Source of the DNA: an uncultured Pseudomonadota bacterium | GTDB lineage: Bacteria; SAR324; NAC60-12 | Assembly: GCA_913020725.1 (NCBI GenBank) | Contig: CAJWCD010000015.1 | Span: 1-38,028, forward strand | Direction of reading: 5' to 3' | Length of the DNA: 38,028 bases | Shown here: in pieces, positions 37,317 through 38,028 of the stretch | How positions within the stretch are numbered: position 1 is the stretch's first letter | How the letters are laid out: every line of letters starts with the position of its first letter | Translations under genes and position numbers: made by a program | The notes under the pieces: generated by a model | The model's input: only the letters and a program-made list of their open reading frames with translations | The model's database searches: none | What the model was told of the DNA's origin: nothing

Positions 37317-37922
37317 ATGTGGTTCCGGGACCATGAACTCTTCGCGGGCTTTCTCCGCGAAAACCGCTGGGAACTGCTCACCTTGCTGGTGTTGGCTGGG
37401 TTGCTCTCCGGAGGCGCAGTTTACTACACCCAACAATCCAATCTGAGTCCGGTTATCCGCGAAGAACGCGGGGCCCTCAAACTTGAGCAGGTGGTGATCG
37501 ATGACTATCGGCTTGACCTGAAACGCTGGCGGATGCGAGGGGAGCGGGCCATCGTGTTGGAGACTTCTCGGCGGATGCGCATTGAACAGGTGCGTCTCGA
37601 GGTGTTCGTCCCGTACTCTGCCGCAGTGAATGACCCCAAGGTGAATCTGGACATTTCAGCAAATGAAGCACTTGCCGAGTGGCAAGACCAGCGGATCACG
37701 CTGCTCGGTGATGTGAAAATTCGGCATGACACAGGCTTGGAAATCCATACCGAAGTCGCCGTTTATGATGTCCAAAAAGAATTTCTCACGATTCCAAAAC
37801 CCCTCACCATAAGGCAAGCAGGACATGTGGTCACGGGAGACTCGCTCACCTACGATCTCCGGAGAGGAAAGTTGAAACTTGTGGCTCCGAAAGCTCTTTT
37901 CGTGCACGGATTCAACTCGTAA
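37317..37922 (+). CDS. lptC: LPS export periplasmic protein LptC-like
   Basis: N-terminal TM anchor followed by beta-jellyroll pattern (W.M.GE.A, I.L.GDV.I....G.EI.TE...YD, V.G..L.YDL). Confidence 0.75.
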   Translation: MWFRDHELFAGFLRENRWELLTLLVLAGLLSGGAVYYTQQSNLSPVIREERGALKLEQVVIDDYRLDLKRWRMRGERAIVLETSRRMRIEQVRLEVFVPYSAAVNDPKVNLDISANEALAEWQDQRITLLGDVKIRHDTGLEIHTEVAVYDVQKEFLTIPKPLTIRQAGHVVTGDSLTYDLRRGKLKLVAPKALFVHGFNS

Positions 37923-37966
37923 GTGCAACTCACCAGACGGTGAGTTGCACTTACGAGTTGAATCCG
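37907..37966. terminator. Perfect 28-bp inverted repeat, likely bidirectional terminator or palindromic element
   Basis: CGGATTCAACTCGTAAGTGCAACTCACC-AGAC-GGTGAGTTGCACTTACGAGTTGAATCCG. Confidence 0.7.
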
Positions 37967-38028
37967 CGGACAAGCGTTTTGCAGAAATGATGTCGTTTTT
38001 GCAGATCTTCACGGGGATTTTCACCGTG
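37951..38028 (-). CDS. Possible 3' end of a convergent gene entering from beyond the window
   Basis: Open frame HGENPREDLQKRHHFCKTLVRGFNS* ending in the right arm of the inverted repeat. Only 26 codons visible. Confidence 0.4.
   Translation of the reverse strand, partial: HGENPREDLQKRHHFCKTLVRGFNS

Noticed and set aside
1..38028. CRISPR array, rRNA or intact transposase/integrase
   Set aside because: No regularly spaced direct repeats, rRNA-like tracts or full recombinase ORFs were seen.

Overview
Bacterial chromosomal window, GC-rich, from a diderm LPS-producing organism (lptC, exbB/exbD, ArnT-like gene, fliN). It is possibly SAR324/deltaproteobacterial, which is an unverified impression. 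Mostly housekeeping and metabolic genes: M20 amidohydrolase, Ser/Thr dehydratase, DMT transporter, CIRCE-controlled clpB, mccB, aguA, MBL-cNMP protein, NfeD/SPFH, Bacillus-like purL-purF-purM-purN, DAHP synthase, tRNA-Pro(GGG), parE-exbB-exbD-fliN, hemF, dacA, pyrF, glycosyltransferases and lptC. Several deletion scars are interspersed (dctM, aguB, HEPN toxin, atuA/brnT/biotin carboxylase), and an AT-rich kynureninase islet splits the pur operon. The most unusual signals are: (i) strong window-wide over-representation of the palindrome TCCGGA (HIP1-like), apparently absent from the foreign islet; (ii) three adjacent exported proteins sharing a Gly-zipper hairpin plus C-terminal-Phe beta-strand architecture next to lptC; (iii) a perfect 28-bp inverted repeat giving two convergent frames identical C-termini; (iv) a standalone RNase H-like exonuclease ending in a beta-clamp-binding-like motif. 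No CRISPR array or intact mobile element was seen.
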